A stretch of 32,000 nt of DNA from Copranaerobaculum intestinale (GTDB taxonomy: Bacteria; Bacillota_I; Bacilli_A; Erysipelotrichales; Erysipelotrichaceae). Below, in pieces: positions 8,449 through 17,042 of this stretch; the stretch's first letter is position 1, and each line of letters opens with the position of its first letter. The translations under genes and the position numbers were made by a program. Location: the NCBI RefSeq assembly GCF_009831105.1, contig NZ_WUUQ01000002.1, positions 330,001-362,000 of the forward strand, in the 5' to 3' direction. Under the pieces are notes generated by a model. It was not told the origin of the DNA, ran no database searches, and saw nothing but the letters and a program-made list of their open reading frames with translations.

Positions 8449-8472
8449 AGCACCCGTTTGGGTGCTTTTTTC
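8449..8472 (+). terminator. Rho-independent terminator
   Basis: Stem agcaccc (8449-8455) / gggtgct (8460-8466), loop gttt, then a T run. Confidence 0.8.
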
Positions 8473-8519
8473 ATGGCTGATCCTATGATATACTGTTTAA
8501 CAGCGAAAGAGGTGATACT

Positions 8520-9308
8520 ATGATGATCTGTCCAATCTGTCATCACGTGTTAATGCGTGAACTGAACAGCTATACTTGTATTCATAAACACAGCTTTGAT
8601 ATTGCGAAAAGCGGCTATGTCAATCTTTGGCCGGGAAATCATAAAGGCAGCGGTGATGATAAAGAAATGGTAAAAGCACGTACATTATTTCTAAATACGG
8701 GGCATTATCAACTGTTTCAGCAAACCTTGATTGATTTGACAACAAATTTGAAACCTTCGGTACTGGCAGATGTAGGGTGTGGGGAAGGCTATTATACCAA
8801 TGTATTGGAAAATTGTCTGGACGCGTGTGATGTCTATGGCTTTGATGTATCAAAAAGTGCGCTTCAGCATGCTTCTCGTCAAAACTCCAGGATTCATTAT
8901 GTTATCGCTTCTCTGTCAGATTTACCGCTGTCTGATGAAAGCGTCGATGTTATAACCGATGTATTTGCGCCGGTGGATGCACAAAGCTTTCATCGGGTAC
9001 TGAAACAGGATGGTTTTTTGATCAAGGTCGGTCCCGGTCGTCAGCATCTTCTGGAAATGAAGCAGGTGCTGTATGATAAGGTCTATGAAAATGATGATGC
9101 GGTTGCAGAATATGATGGTTTTGCGCATGCGAAACGAATTGTCAAGACGCAGCAGATCGAGTTGACATCAAATTTGGAAATACGGTCATTGTTTCAGATG
9201 ACACCTTATTATTGGAAGAGTCCGAAACAGTCGGCCGGCAAGCTGAAAGCCATGGATGATTTACCGTTAACGACACAGTTCTGTTTTGATATATACAAAC
9301 GAAAATAA
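8520..9308 (+). CDS. rlmA: 23S rRNA (guanine-N1)-methyltransferase RlmA family
   Basis: 262 aa. N-terminal Zn-finger CPICHHVL...NSYTC..KHSFDIAKSGYVNL, SAM motif LADVGCGEGYY and MTPYYW near the C-terminus line up with the E. coli RrmA/RlmA sequence as I remember it. Extended -10 TGaTATACT at 8486-8494. Confidence 0.88.
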   Translation: MMICPICHHVLMRELNSYTCIHKHSFDIAKSGYVNLWPGNHKGSGDDKEMVKARTLFLNTGHYQLFQQTLIDLTTNLKPSVLADVGCGEGYYTNVLENCLDACDVYGFDVSKSALQHASRQNSRIHYVIASLSDLPLSDESVDVITDVFAPVDAQSFHRVLKQDGFLIKVGPGRQHLLEMKQVLYDKVYENDDAVAEYDGFAHAKRIVKTQQIELTSNLEIRSLFQMTPYYWKSPKQSAGKLKAMDDLPLTTQFCFDIYKRK

Positions 9309-9312
9309 TATT

Positions 9313-9340
9313 TTGCAGAAAAGCAGTTTCTTGCTATAAT
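9313..9340 (+). promoter_or_regulatory. Candidate sigma-A promoter for ffh
   Basis: TTGCAG (9313-9318), 16-nt spacer, TGcTATAAT (9332-9340). Confidence 0.55.
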
Positions 9341-9380
9341 AGAATGCAAGTGGATACGTGAGAAAGGTAGTGGAGAGAGT

Positions 9381-10763
9381 ATGGCATTTGAATCTTTGAC
9401 AAACAGGCTTTCCAAAGCTCTGAAAAATATTACCGGTAAGGGGAAATTAACCGAAGCCAACATGAACGAGATGCTGCGTGAAGTGCGCATGTCGCTGTTG
9501 GAAGCTGATGTAAATTATCGGGTAGTAAAGGATTTTATCGAACACGTTAAGATTAAGGCAATGGGCGTTGAGGTCATGAGTTCGCTGAATCCAGGCCAGA
9601 TGGTCGTAAAAATCGTTCATGATGAAATCGTTGAGCTTTTAGGCACTCAGGAACAGGGGCTGAATTACAAAACAGCAGGTATTACAACGGTGATGATGGT
9701 CGGATTACAGGGGACTGGTAAGACAACTGCAGCGGCGAAGATCGCAAATGTTATCCGTAAAAAGCAGTCTCGCAAACCGCTTCTTGTTGCGTGTGACCTG
9801 ATCCGTCCGGCAGCGGTTGAACAGTTGAAAACCCTAGGCGCTTCAATCGATGTAGAGGTATTCTCGTTAGGAATTGAAACACCAGCTCTTACAACCGCGA
9901 AAAAAGCTCTGGAATATGCACAGGAACAGGGTTATGATACAGTAATTTTCGATACTGCCGGACGTTTGCATATTGATGAAGAGTTGATGCAGGAGCTGGC
10001 GGATATCAAGGCTGCAGTACATCCTGATGATATATTGCTGACCGTGGATGCGATGACCGGACAGGATATCGTAAATGTTGCCCAGTCCTTTCATGATCAG
10101 CTGGCCGTTACCGGTTTGGTTTTGACCAAGCTGGACGGCGATGCGCGCGGCGGCGGTGTGCTTTCAGTACGGGCAATTACTCAGGTTCCGGTGAAATTTG
10201 TCGGACTTGGTGAAAAGATCGATGATTTGGATATTTTCTATCCGGAACGTATGGCTGACAGAATCCTGGGCATGGGTGATATCATGACGCTGGTGGAGCA
10301 GGCACAGGATAAAATGGATATGGAAGTATCCCAGAAGAGTGCTAAACGAATGATGAGCGGACAGTTCACATTAGAAGATATGCTGGAACAGTTCCGTCAA
10401 CTCAAAAAAATGGGATCATTAGGCGGCATGATGAAGCTGATTCCGGGCATGAGCCAAATGGCGGGAAAGATCGATGAAGCGAAAACCGACAAGCAAATGA
10501 AAATGTTTGAGGCGATTATTCTAAGTATGACCAAAGAGGAACGCCAGAATCCGGATATCCTGAAAGCTTCGCGTAAAAATCGCATTGCGGCCGGTTCGGG
10601 CACAAAAGTGAGCGACATCAATCAGCTGATCAATCGTTATGAGAAAACGAAGGTAGCGATGAAGCAGATGGGAGCGATGGCCAACGGCGGTAAAATGCCG
10701 AATATGAAGGGCATGGCAGGAAGCAAGCCCAAGAAAAATAAATTTCGAACCAGAAGATTTTAA
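9381..10763 (+). CDS. ffh: Signal recognition particle protein Ffh
   Basis: 460 aa. GLQGTGKTT P-loop, DTAGRL, TKLDGDARGG, and a Met-rich M domain (GGMMKLIPGMSQM) with a basic tail. Confidence 0.97.
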   Translation: MAFESLTNRLSKALKNITGKGKLTEANMNEMLREVRMSLLEADVNYRVVKDFIEHVKIKAMGVEVMSSLNPGQMVVKIVHDEIVELLGTQEQGLNYKTAGITTVMMVGLQGTGKTTAAAKIANVIRKKQSRKPLLVACDLIRPAAVEQLKTLGASIDVEVFSLGIETPALTTAKKALEYAQEQGYDTVIFDTAGRLHIDEELMQELADIKAAVHPDDILLTVDAMTGQDIVNVAQSFHDQLAVTGLVLTKLDGDARGGGVLSVRAITQVPVKFVGLGEKIDDLDIFYPERMADRILGMGDIMTLVEQAQDKMDMEVSQKSAKRMMSGQFTLEDMLEQFRQLKKMGSLGGMMKLIPGMSQMAGKIDEAKTDKQMKMFEAIILSMTKEERQNPDILKASRKNRIAAGSGTKVSDINQLINRYEKTKVAMKQMGAMANGGKMPNMKGMAGSKPKKNKFRTRRF

Positions 10764-10764
10764 G

Positions 10765-10811
10765 TAAAAAAAGCATTCTGTATCCGGCAAGATATCAGAA
10801 TGCTTTTTTTG
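10765..10811. terminator. Bidirectional rho-independent terminator shared by ffh and the convergent membrane-protein gene
   Basis: Stem gcattctg (10773-10780) / cagaatgc (10796-10803), with an inner tatc/gata extension. Flanked by an A run and a T7 run. Confidence 0.85.
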
Positions 10812-10834
10812 TTTCAATCAAAACTTGTTTAAGA

Positions 10835-12154
10835 TCATTTTTGAATGAAATAGTGATAAGCATCACCGTTCAGTATCAATGGCTGAGGATTCTTTAAGGC
10901 TTTGAGACCGTAATCGCCCTTGTCAGAATGCAGTGTTTTTGCGGCCAAATAGCCATTCTTTGTTTTCATGACCCGATAATACCAAGTGATATCCAGAGTT
11001 TCACTTTCAACCCCGCAGGATGCGGTTTCGGTAGTGGCAACTTCCATAAAGAAATCTGTATCATCTCCGGCTGATTTTGTGACAGAATGCAGTGTGACAT
11101 CAACGCTGCAGGAAGTTCCTTCACCACCCTGATGATTCATTGCTTTGGATACCAGCAGCGCGATATCACCTAAATCATGACTGGCTGTATCAATCTTATA
11201 CATATTGTATTCATCCTTAAAAGCGGATAAATCAGGATCGTTTCGGATGATACTTTTCATATCGGAAACAAGCGATTTACCTTTTTCCGCTGGAGTGGGA
11301 GTTTTGAAGTTTTCTGAATAATCGGTACTGGTTTTCTGATAGATCGTCTTTTTCAAGGTTGTCAGGTCCAGCATGACGATGGAGCTGCCTTTTTTGATTG
11401 ATCCCTGCTTGGTGAAGGTAAGATCTTTACCGTAACCGATTACCATCATCGGTTCGCCTTGAGCGTTGTTAAGTACAACCGCAGTAGTTCCCACTTCTGT
11501 TGCATTCGATAAATCATATACGGCCTTTTGATCAGTCAGCTGTAAAGGTTCAATTTCAATTTTCTGTTTTCCCGACTTCCAGCTTCCCTGAAGCTCAGCC
11601 GCCGGATGGTAATAGGAATTGCGTCCACGCTCACCGTTAGCCATGACATAGACATGCTTACTGCCATTGCTTTCATAGGTAAAGGCGGCTATATCATCAG
11701 TCAGCCAATGGATAGTATAATTGGTTACAGGGGTATTCAGCGGCTGAGGACTTGCGGCGAATATAAACCACGTTTTTTGATAGACTGCAGCCTGCTTGGT
11801 ATCTTGATCGATCTTTACAACCATCGGTTTATCAAAGCTCCCAAAAGAAACCACACAGGAGCGTAAACCGCCGTATTGAAGCATATATCCAAAATTTAAG
11901 AGAAGGATGATGCCGCCAGCTGCCAGTGTATAAAGGTGATATCGCTTTGTATTACGCAGCAGATAGATACCGCCAACCAGCAATAAAATAATCATGGTGT
12001 TGATCAGATAGGGAAGAACATCCCATACATATTCATAACCCTTGACCTGCAGAAACAGATAATAGAAAGCTTGTGCCATGATCAGCATGAATCCGATGAT
12101 AAAACAGCTCCAGCTGATGATTCGAGTTTTTTTCAGCATATGCGATACAGGCAT
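10835..12154 (-). CDS. Hypothetical membrane protein (three N-terminal TM helices plus a ~330-aa extracytoplasmic domain)
   Basis: 439 aa. TM segments IISWSCFIIGFMLIMAQAFYYLFL, VLPYLINTMIILLLVGGIYLL and LYTLAAGGIILLLNFGYML. The rest is Thr/Ser/Lys-rich and beta-like, with no motif I recognise. A minus-strand TATAAT lies upstream. The start at 12154 is uncertain (alternative ATG at 12139). Confidence 0.6.
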   Translation of the reverse strand: MPVSHMLKKTRIISWSCFIIGFMLIMAQAFYYLFLQVKGYEYVWDVLPYLINTMIILLLVGGIYLLRNTKRYHLYTLAAGGIILLLNFGYMLQYGGLRSCVVSFGSFDKPMVVKIDQDTKQAAVYQKTWFIFAASPQPLNTPVTNYTIHWLTDDIAAFTYESNGSKHVYVMANGERGRNSYYHPAAELQGSWKSGKQKIEIEPLQLTDQKAVYDLSNATEVGTTAVVLNNAQGEPMMVIGYGKDLTFTKQGSIKKGSSIVMLDLTTLKKTIYQKTSTDYSENFKTPTPAEKGKSLVSDMKSIIRNDPDLSAFKDEYNMYKIDTASHDLGDIALLVSKAMNHQGGEGTSCSVDVTLHSVTKSAGDDTDFFMEVATTETASCGVESETLDITWYYRVMKTKNGYLAAKTLHSDKGDYGLKALKNPQPLILNGDAYHYFIQK

Positions 12155-12301
12155 GGTACACCATGCGTCTCCTATATTTGCAAGTATTATAACGCAGAAT
12201 TGATTTCGGTAAAAGAATTTCTGTTTTTTTTATTCTTTTAGAGATAATGTATTATGAAATGATTTTCATGTATAATTAGCTTTAGAAACTGGGAGGTGTC
12301 T

Positions 12302-12511
12302 ATGCGATATAAAGTACTGTTCTTTGCGGCTTGTCTGCTGTTGGGATTGGGAGCGTTTGAATCGATGGGAGGTTATTTTTCAATAGCCAATCAGAAATCG
12401 GCGGTTAGTATGCCTGCCTATTACGGTTTGGCCAACGGCTGGCTGTTCTATTTGCTGGCGCTGCTGATGTTTGTGGTTCGATATATGATGATGAAGAAAA
12501 ATAAAAAATGA
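12302..12511 (+). CDS. Small hypothetical membrane protein (69 aa, two hydrophobic segments)
   Basis: SD gggagg 12291-12296, ATG 12302. Hydrophobic segments VLFFAACLLLGLGAF and WLFYLLALLMFVV, with a KKNKK tail. TATAAT at 12271-12276. Divergent from the 439-aa gene. Confidence 0.5.
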   Translation: MRYKVLFFAACLLLGLGAFESMGGYFSIANQKSAVSMPAYYGLANGWLFYLLALLMFVVRYMMMKKNKK

Positions 12512-12529
12512 AGTGTAAAGTAAAAAGCC

Positions 12530-12558
12530 TTGACACCTTTATAGATACATGATATTCT
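12530..12558 (+). promoter_or_regulatory. Candidate sigma-A promoter for rpsP
   Basis: TTGACA (12530-12535), 17-nt spacer ending in TGa, then TATTCT (12553-12558). Confidence 0.6.
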
Positions 12559-12602
12559 TGTACCGTTGAAAAAGAAAATAGAAAACCACAGGAGGATATA
12601 AC

Positions 12603-12872
12603 ATGGTTAAATTAAGATTAAAAAGAATGGGTTCTAAGAGAAAACCTTATTACCGTATTGTCGCGGCTGATTCTCGTTTTCCAAGAGATGGACGTATTAT
12701 TGAAACAATCGGTTCTTATAATCCGACAAAAAATCCGGCTGAAGTAAAGGTTGATACAGAATTGGCATTAAACTGGTTACAGAAAGGTGCCCAGCCTTCT
12801 GACACTGTACGTAACATTCTGTCCAAAGCAGGTGTTATGAAACAGCTGCACGAAGCGAAAAACGCAAAATAA
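12603..12872 (+). CDS. rpsP: 30S ribosomal protein S16
   Basis: 89 aa. [31 protein letters not shown] is the canonical S16 N-terminus. Confidence 0.97.
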   Translation: MVKLRLKRMGSKRKPYYRIVAADSRFPRDGRIIETIGSYNPTKNPAEVKVDTELALNWLQKGAQPSDTVRNILSKAGVMKQLHEAKNAK

Positions 12873-12873
12873 T

Positions 12874-13122
12874 ATGGTTGATTACGAGAAAACGGTATTG
12901 GATCTGGTTCGTCCTATCGTTGATGACAAAAATTCACTGTCCGTAAAAGTGATGCCGAGTCTGGACGATCGTGAGATTCTGCTTTATATTTATGCCAACA
13001 GTGATGATGTGGCACGCTTGATCGGCCGTAAGGGTGCGATGGCGAGTGCAATCCGTCAGATGATGTCTGTGGCATCCCGTAAAGAAGATAAAAGAGTTAC
13101 CATTAAGTTTGAATCATATTAG
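12874..13122 (+). CDS. khpA: KH-domain RNA-binding protein (YlqC/KhpA family)
   Basis: 82 aa. The GRKG-type KH loop IGRKGAMASAIRQM. Conserved position between rpsP and rimM. Confidence 0.85.
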   Translation: MVDYEKTVLDLVRPIVDDKNSLSVKVMPSLDDREILLYIYANSDDVARLIGRKGAMASAIRQMMSVASRKEDKRVTIKFESY

Positions 13123-13146
13123 GATGCTGATCGCATCCTTTTTTTG
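13121..13146 (+). terminator. Intrinsic terminator/attenuator inside the rpsP-rimM cluster
   Basis: Stem aggatgc (13121-13127) / gcatcct (13133-13139), loop tgatc, then a T run. The stem overlaps the khpA stop codon and ends at the rimM SD. Confidence 0.65.
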
Positions 13147-13155
13147 GAGGTAAGT

Positions 13156-13656
13156 ATGGAGTATATCAAAATAGGAGCGATTGCGGGCACACATGGACTG
13201 CGCGGTGAAGTCAGTGTGAAATCCTTCACGCAATTCAACGATATTCGCTTTGCCAAGGGCAGTATCATCTTTCGTGAAACATCATCGGGCATGCAGGAAT
13301 TGAAAATTGTCTCGATGCGCCAGAAAACCGATCGGATCCTGCTTCAATTGGCAGGCTATGACCACATTGAACAGGTAGAAGCATGGAAAGGTTCACTGCT
13401 TTACATTCAGAAGGATCAGCTTCATGAATTGGATGAGGATGAGGTTTATTATTTTGAACTCATGCATTGTCAGGTGGTTGATATGGAAGGCCGATTGTTG
13501 GGGGAAGTGAGCGATCTGATCGAAACCGGCAGCAGTGTAGTACTGCGGGTGAGTGGTGATAAAGAAATCCTGATTCCATATGTAAAAGCGTTTGTGAAAG
13601 AAGCAGATATAGCGGCCAAGCGCATCGTTGTTGAATTGCTGGAGGGAATGGTATGA
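13156..13656 (+). CDS. rimM: Ribosome maturation factor RimM
   Basis: 166 aa from ATG 13156 (SD ggagg 13146-13150; the track start 13144 is a TTG). The IGAIAGTHGLRGEV N-terminus and the PRC-barrel C-terminus are typical of RimM. Confidence 0.93.
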   Translation: MEYIKIGAIAGTHGLRGEVSVKSFTQFNDIRFAKGSIIFRETSSGMQELKIVSMRQKTDRILLQLAGYDHIEQVEAWKGSLLYIQKDQLHELDEDEVYYFELMHCQVVDMEGRLLGEVSDLIETGSSVVLRVSGDKEILIPYVKAFVKEADIAAKRIVVELLEGMV

Positions 13657-14378
13657 GAATCACCATGCTGACGCTGTTTCCGGAATACTTTGACAGTTTC
13701 CGTACAACCTCGATCATCAAGCGGGCGTTGGAGCGGGAGCTTGTTACTTTTGAAACGGTGAATTTCCGCGACTATACTCTTGATAAACACAATAAGGTAG
13801 ATGATACTCCATGCGGCGGCGGACAGGGAATGCTGCTGTCAGTACAGCCGATCGCTGACTGTCTGAAAGCAATTCGTACACCGGGTTCGCTTGTGGTGAT
13901 GATGACCCCGCAGGGCCGTACATTTAATCAGCAGACTGCACATGAATTTGCTGATATTTCACATCTGATCATTTTATGCGGTCATTATGAAGGCTTTGAT
14001 GAACGGATTCGTTCATATGTAGATATGGAAGTGTCACTCGGTGATTTTGTACTAACCGGCGGAGAGGCTGCTGCGGTGGTAATCGCAGATGCGGTTATGC
14101 GTCTGCTGCCAGGCGTCATTCTTGAGGATTCTCATGCGGATGATTCTTTTGAGAACGGCCTGCTGGAGTATCCGCAGTATACGCGTCCGATTGAATTTGA
14201 AGGAAAAACTGTTCCGGAGGTGCTGATGAGCGGTCATCATGCGAATATCCGCAAATGGCGGCTGGAACAATCGCTTCGCCGAACTATGGAAAAACGTCCG
14301 GATTTATTGGAAAACCGAACCTTCACCAAAGAAGAACAAAAACTCATGAAGCAGATTCAGGAAACCGATGAAGAATAA
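13653..14378 (+). CDS. trmD: tRNA (guanine37-N1)-methyltransferase TrmD
   Basis: 241 aa. TLFPEYF, DDTPCGGGQGMLL, ILCGHYEGFDERI and SLGDFVLTGGE motifs. ATGA overlap with rimM. Confidence 0.97.
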   Translation: MRITMLTLFPEYFDSFRTTSIIKRALERELVTFETVNFRDYTLDKHNKVDDTPCGGGQGMLLSVQPIADCLKAIRTPGSLVVMMTPQGRTFNQQTAHEFADISHLIILCGHYEGFDERIRSYVDMEVSLGDFVLTGGEAAAVVIADAVMRLLPGVILEDSHADDSFENGLLEYPQYTRPIEFEGKTVPEVLMSGHHANIRKWRLEQSLRRTMEKRPDLLENRTFTKEEQKLMKQIQETDEE

Positions 14379-14400
14379 CCGATTTTTGGGAAATAAATTC

Positions 14401-14516
14401 TTTACAAGCGACCAGGAACATGCTATTATGATATGGCCTATTGGCACGCGAGTTCCGCTGAACATCATGATTCATGAGCTTCGACGTAAAACAACTTGAA
14501 AAGGAGTGCCGTAATT
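14401..14516 (+). promoter_or_regulatory. rplS promoter and candidate L19 autoregulatory leader
   Basis: TTTACA (14401-14406), 17-nt spacer ending in TGc, TATTAT (14424-14429), followed by a ~80-nt leader. An L19-leader RNA family is described for Firmicutes. I have not folded this one. Confidence 0.45.
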
Positions 14517-14864
14517 ATGAACATGAATTTAGTAAATGAAGTAACCAAATCACAGTTAAAGAAAGATGTACCGACCTTTCGTCCGGGTGACTCAGTACGC
14601 GTTCACGTAAAGATCAAAGAGGGTGACAAATCTCGTATCCAGAACTTTGAAGGTGTGGTAATCAACAAGCAGGGCGGAGGAATCAATGAAGTGTTTACCG
14701 TTCGTAAGATTTCCAACCAGATTGGTGTGGAAAGAACCTTCCCGGTACATTCACCGATTATTGACAAAATTGAAGTGATTCGCCACGGTAAAGTCAGAAG
14801 AAACAAATTATACTACCTGCGCGGCCGTTCTGGTAAAGCTTCTCGTATTAAAGAAATTCGTTAA
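14517..14864 (+). CDS. rplS: 50S ribosomal protein L19
   Basis: 115 aa from ATG 14517 (SD aaggag 14501-14506). [31 protein letters not shown] is the canonical L19 core. Confidence 0.96.
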   Translation: MNMNLVNEVTKSQLKKDVPTFRPGDSVRVHVKIKEGDKSRIQNFEGVVINKQGGGINEVFTVRKISNQIGVERTFPVHSPIIDKIEVIRHGKVRRNKLYYLRGRSGKASRIKEIR

Positions 14865-14870
14865 TCGAAC

Positions 14871-14899
14871 AAAAGCCGGCGTTGTCGGCTTTTTGTTTG
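14871..14899 (+). terminator. Rho-independent terminator after rplS
   Basis: Stem aaagccg (14872-14878) / cggcttt (14886-14892), 7-nt loop, then a T run. Confidence 0.75.
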
Positions 14900-14915
14900 T
14901 TTGAAAGGAAAGCTT

Positions 14916-15512
14916 ATGAAAGATCATAATCATGTAAAGAAAGATAACGAAAGTATGGATAACCGAATTAAAAAGGAGCTGCTGTCACTTGTGAAGATCT
15001 TTGTAATTTGTTTAGTCAGCGTATATCTGATTACAAATTTTATCGCAAAGCCGATCCGGATTGAAGGGGAAAGCATGTATCCGACGCTGCAGGATGAAGA
15101 GCTTGGTCTTACCAATGTTTTTGCGGCGAAGTTCCAGAAGCTGAAGCGTTTTGATGTGGTGATCGTGAATATTCCAGACCGTGATGAATATTGGGTGAAA
15201 CGGATCATCGGCATGCCGGGAGATACGGTAGCGGCTAAGGATGATCAGGTGCTGGTGAACGGAAAACCAATTAAAGAGCCTTATTTGAATAAAAAATATG
15301 TGAAGGGCATGCGGAATAATCTGGGAATGTTTACAGAGGATTTTCAGCCGGTCAAACTGGGAAAAGGTGAATTTTTCTTAATGGGTGATAATCGTCCCCG
15401 TTCTGTTGATTCACGCTATTACGGGCCGTTTAAAAAGGATCAGATCATCGGCCGCAGTGTCACCATCCTCTATCCGTTTGATAAAATGAAGGTCGTAAAA
15501 AATGACTTTTAG
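14916..15512 (+). CDS. lepB: Signal peptidase I (copy 1)
   Basis: 198 aa from ATG 14916 (SD aaagga 14904-14909). One TM helix, catalytic Ser box GESMYPTL, Lys box WVKRIIGMPGD, and GDNRPRSVDSRY. Confidence 0.93.
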   Translation: MKDHNHVKKDNESMDNRIKKELLSLVKIFVICLVSVYLITNFIAKPIRIEGESMYPTLQDEELGLTNVFAAKFQKLKRFDVVIVNIPDRDEYWVKRIIGMPGDTVAAKDDQVLVNGKPIKEPYLNKKYVKGMRNNLGMFTEDFQPVKLGKGEFFLMGDNRPRSVDSRYYGPFKKDQIIGRSVTILYPFDKMKVVKNDF

Positions 15513-15548
15513 CAATCCTTGTTTATGGTATACTGAATAGGTAAAGGA

Positions 15549-16169
15549 ATGATGAAAATGAATAAAGAGCAAACGCCGTATAAAAAGCGGCATGACTATC
15601 TGTTAGAAGTACTTGATTGGGTGCGGACCATTCTGATATGCATGGTTGGAGTTTCGATCTTTGTTCATTTTTTCTTTCGGCCGGTGCAGGTTGATGGACA
15701 ATCCATGCAGCCGACGCTTTTAAACAATGAAATTGGGTTTTCCAATGTATTCAGCAGACTGACCGGGTCAATTCATCGCTTTGATGTGGTAGTGGTACGT
15801 GAACCGGTGAGCGGGGATCTTTGGGTAAAGCGGGTCATCGGATTGCCTGGTGAAACGGTAAAGTATGAAGCCGGTAAGTTATATATTGATGGAGCTTATA
15901 TCAAAGAGCCGTTTTTGAATAAAGCGTATATGATTAAGGACAGCGGCAGTACTGATGCCTTTACAAAGGATTTTAATACCGATGGGAAAGTGGATTACAA
16001 CAATGACGGTAAAATCGAACCGCTGAAAAGTGATGAATATTTCTTAGTAGGCGATAATCGCAATAATTCTTATGATTCAAGATCGCGGGGAGCATTTCAT
16101 GAGGATGAGATTGTCAGTAAATCAGTATATATTATCTATCCGTTCCAGAAAATCGGCGCGGTGGAATAG
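15549..16169 (+). CDS. lepB: Signal peptidase I (copy 2)
   Basis: GQSMQPTL, WVKRVIGLPGE and GDNRNNSYDSR boxes. Three in-frame ATGs at 15549, 15552 and 15558; by SD spacing (aaagga 15543-15548), 15558 is the most likely true start. Confidence 0.9.
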   Translation: MMKMNKEQTPYKKRHDYLLEVLDWVRTILICMVGVSIFVHFFFRPVQVDGQSMQPTLLNNEIGFSNVFSRLTGSIHRFDVVVVREPVSGDLWVKRVIGLPGETVKYEAGKLYIDGAYIKEPFLNKAYMIKDSGSTDAFTKDFNTDGKVDYNNDGKIEPLKSDEYFLVGDNRNNSYDSRSRGAFHEDEIVSKSVYIIYPFQKIGAVE

Positions 16170-16178
16170 GAGCTTATA

Positions 16179-17042
16179 ATGAGTGAACGGAAATTGAATA
16201 TCAACTGGTTTCCAGGTCATATGACCAAGGCAAAGCGGGAGATGGAAGAAAAATTAAAATTGGTAGATATGGTTATTGAATTGCGGGATGCACGTATTCC
16301 TAGCGCAAGCGCGAATCCTTTGCTGGCAGATTTGACAAAGCAGAAGCCGCGGCTGATCATTATGAGCAAAGCGGATAAGGCAGAACCGATATACAGCGCG
16401 AAATGGGTGGAAAAGCTGAGTAAAGAAGGGGTTCGGGTCGTAGTAATGGATTTAAATCATGACAATGTCATAAAAATTGTCAGTGAAGCAGCTCGGGAAT
16501 TAATGAAAGCAAAGCTTGAACGGCAGATACGACGGGGGATTCGCCCCCGTCCGATACGCTCAATGGTCGCCGGCGTTCCCAATGTTGGAAAATCTACTTT
16601 AATCAACCGTATGGCTAAGAAAAAAGCAGTTCAGGCAGCGGATCGTCCCGGGGTTACAAAGGCTTTGCAGTGGGTCAAGGTCAGCAAAGAGCTGGAGCTG
16701 CTTGATACACCGGGTGTTTTGTGGCCGAAGTTTGACGATGAACAAATCGGACTTCGGCTGGCCGTTAGCGGTGCGATTCGCGATGAAATCCTGCCACTGG
16801 AGGAGGTAGCTGTTTTCGCAATGAAATTTCTGATTCAGCATAAACCGGAAGTGATCGAGGAACGCTATCAGGTAACGCTGAGTGATGATCCGTATGTGAT
16901 GCTGGAGCGGATAGCCGATGCCCGAGGTTATCGATTAAAGGGTGATGTGTGGGATGAAAAGCGTACGATTGAAACCTTTATTCGTGATATTCGAGATGAT
17001 CAGCTGGGACGGATCACTTGGGAGCTTCCCGATGAAATGTGA
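16179..17042 (+). CDS. rbgA: Ribosome biogenesis GTPase A (YlqF/RbgA)
   Basis: 287 aa. INWFPGHMTKAKRE start, circularly permuted GTPase motifs (MSKAD, then GVPNVGKSTLINR, DTPGVLWPKF). Confidence 0.95.
   Translation: MSERKLNINWFPGHMTKAKREMEEKLKLVDMVIELRDARIPSASANPLLADLTKQKPRLIIMSKADKAEPIYSAKWVEKLSKEGVRVVVMDLNHDNVIKIVSEAARELMKAKLERQIRRGIRPRPIRSMVAGVPNVGKSTLINRMAKKKAVQAADRPGVTKALQWVKVSKELELLDTPGVLWPKFDDEQIGLRLAVSGAIRDEILPLEEVAVFAMKFLIQHKPEVIEERYQVTLSDDPYVMLERIADARGYRLKGDVWDEKRTIETFIRDIRDDQLGRITWELPDEM

Noticed and set aside
8166-8546. 126-aa and 66-aa antisense ORFs across the Q/N-rich gene
   Set aside because: CAG/AAC-type repeats are stop-free on the opposite strand (giving Leu/Ile/Phe/Ser/Asp runs). 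The + strand gene has the SD, the terminator and the synonymous-only repeat divergence.
16942-17031. Longer rnhB start at 16942
   Set aside because: It would overlap rbgA by 100 nt and add a non-conserved N-terminus. ATG 17032 has a GGGAG SD and gives the usual RNase HII N-terminus.
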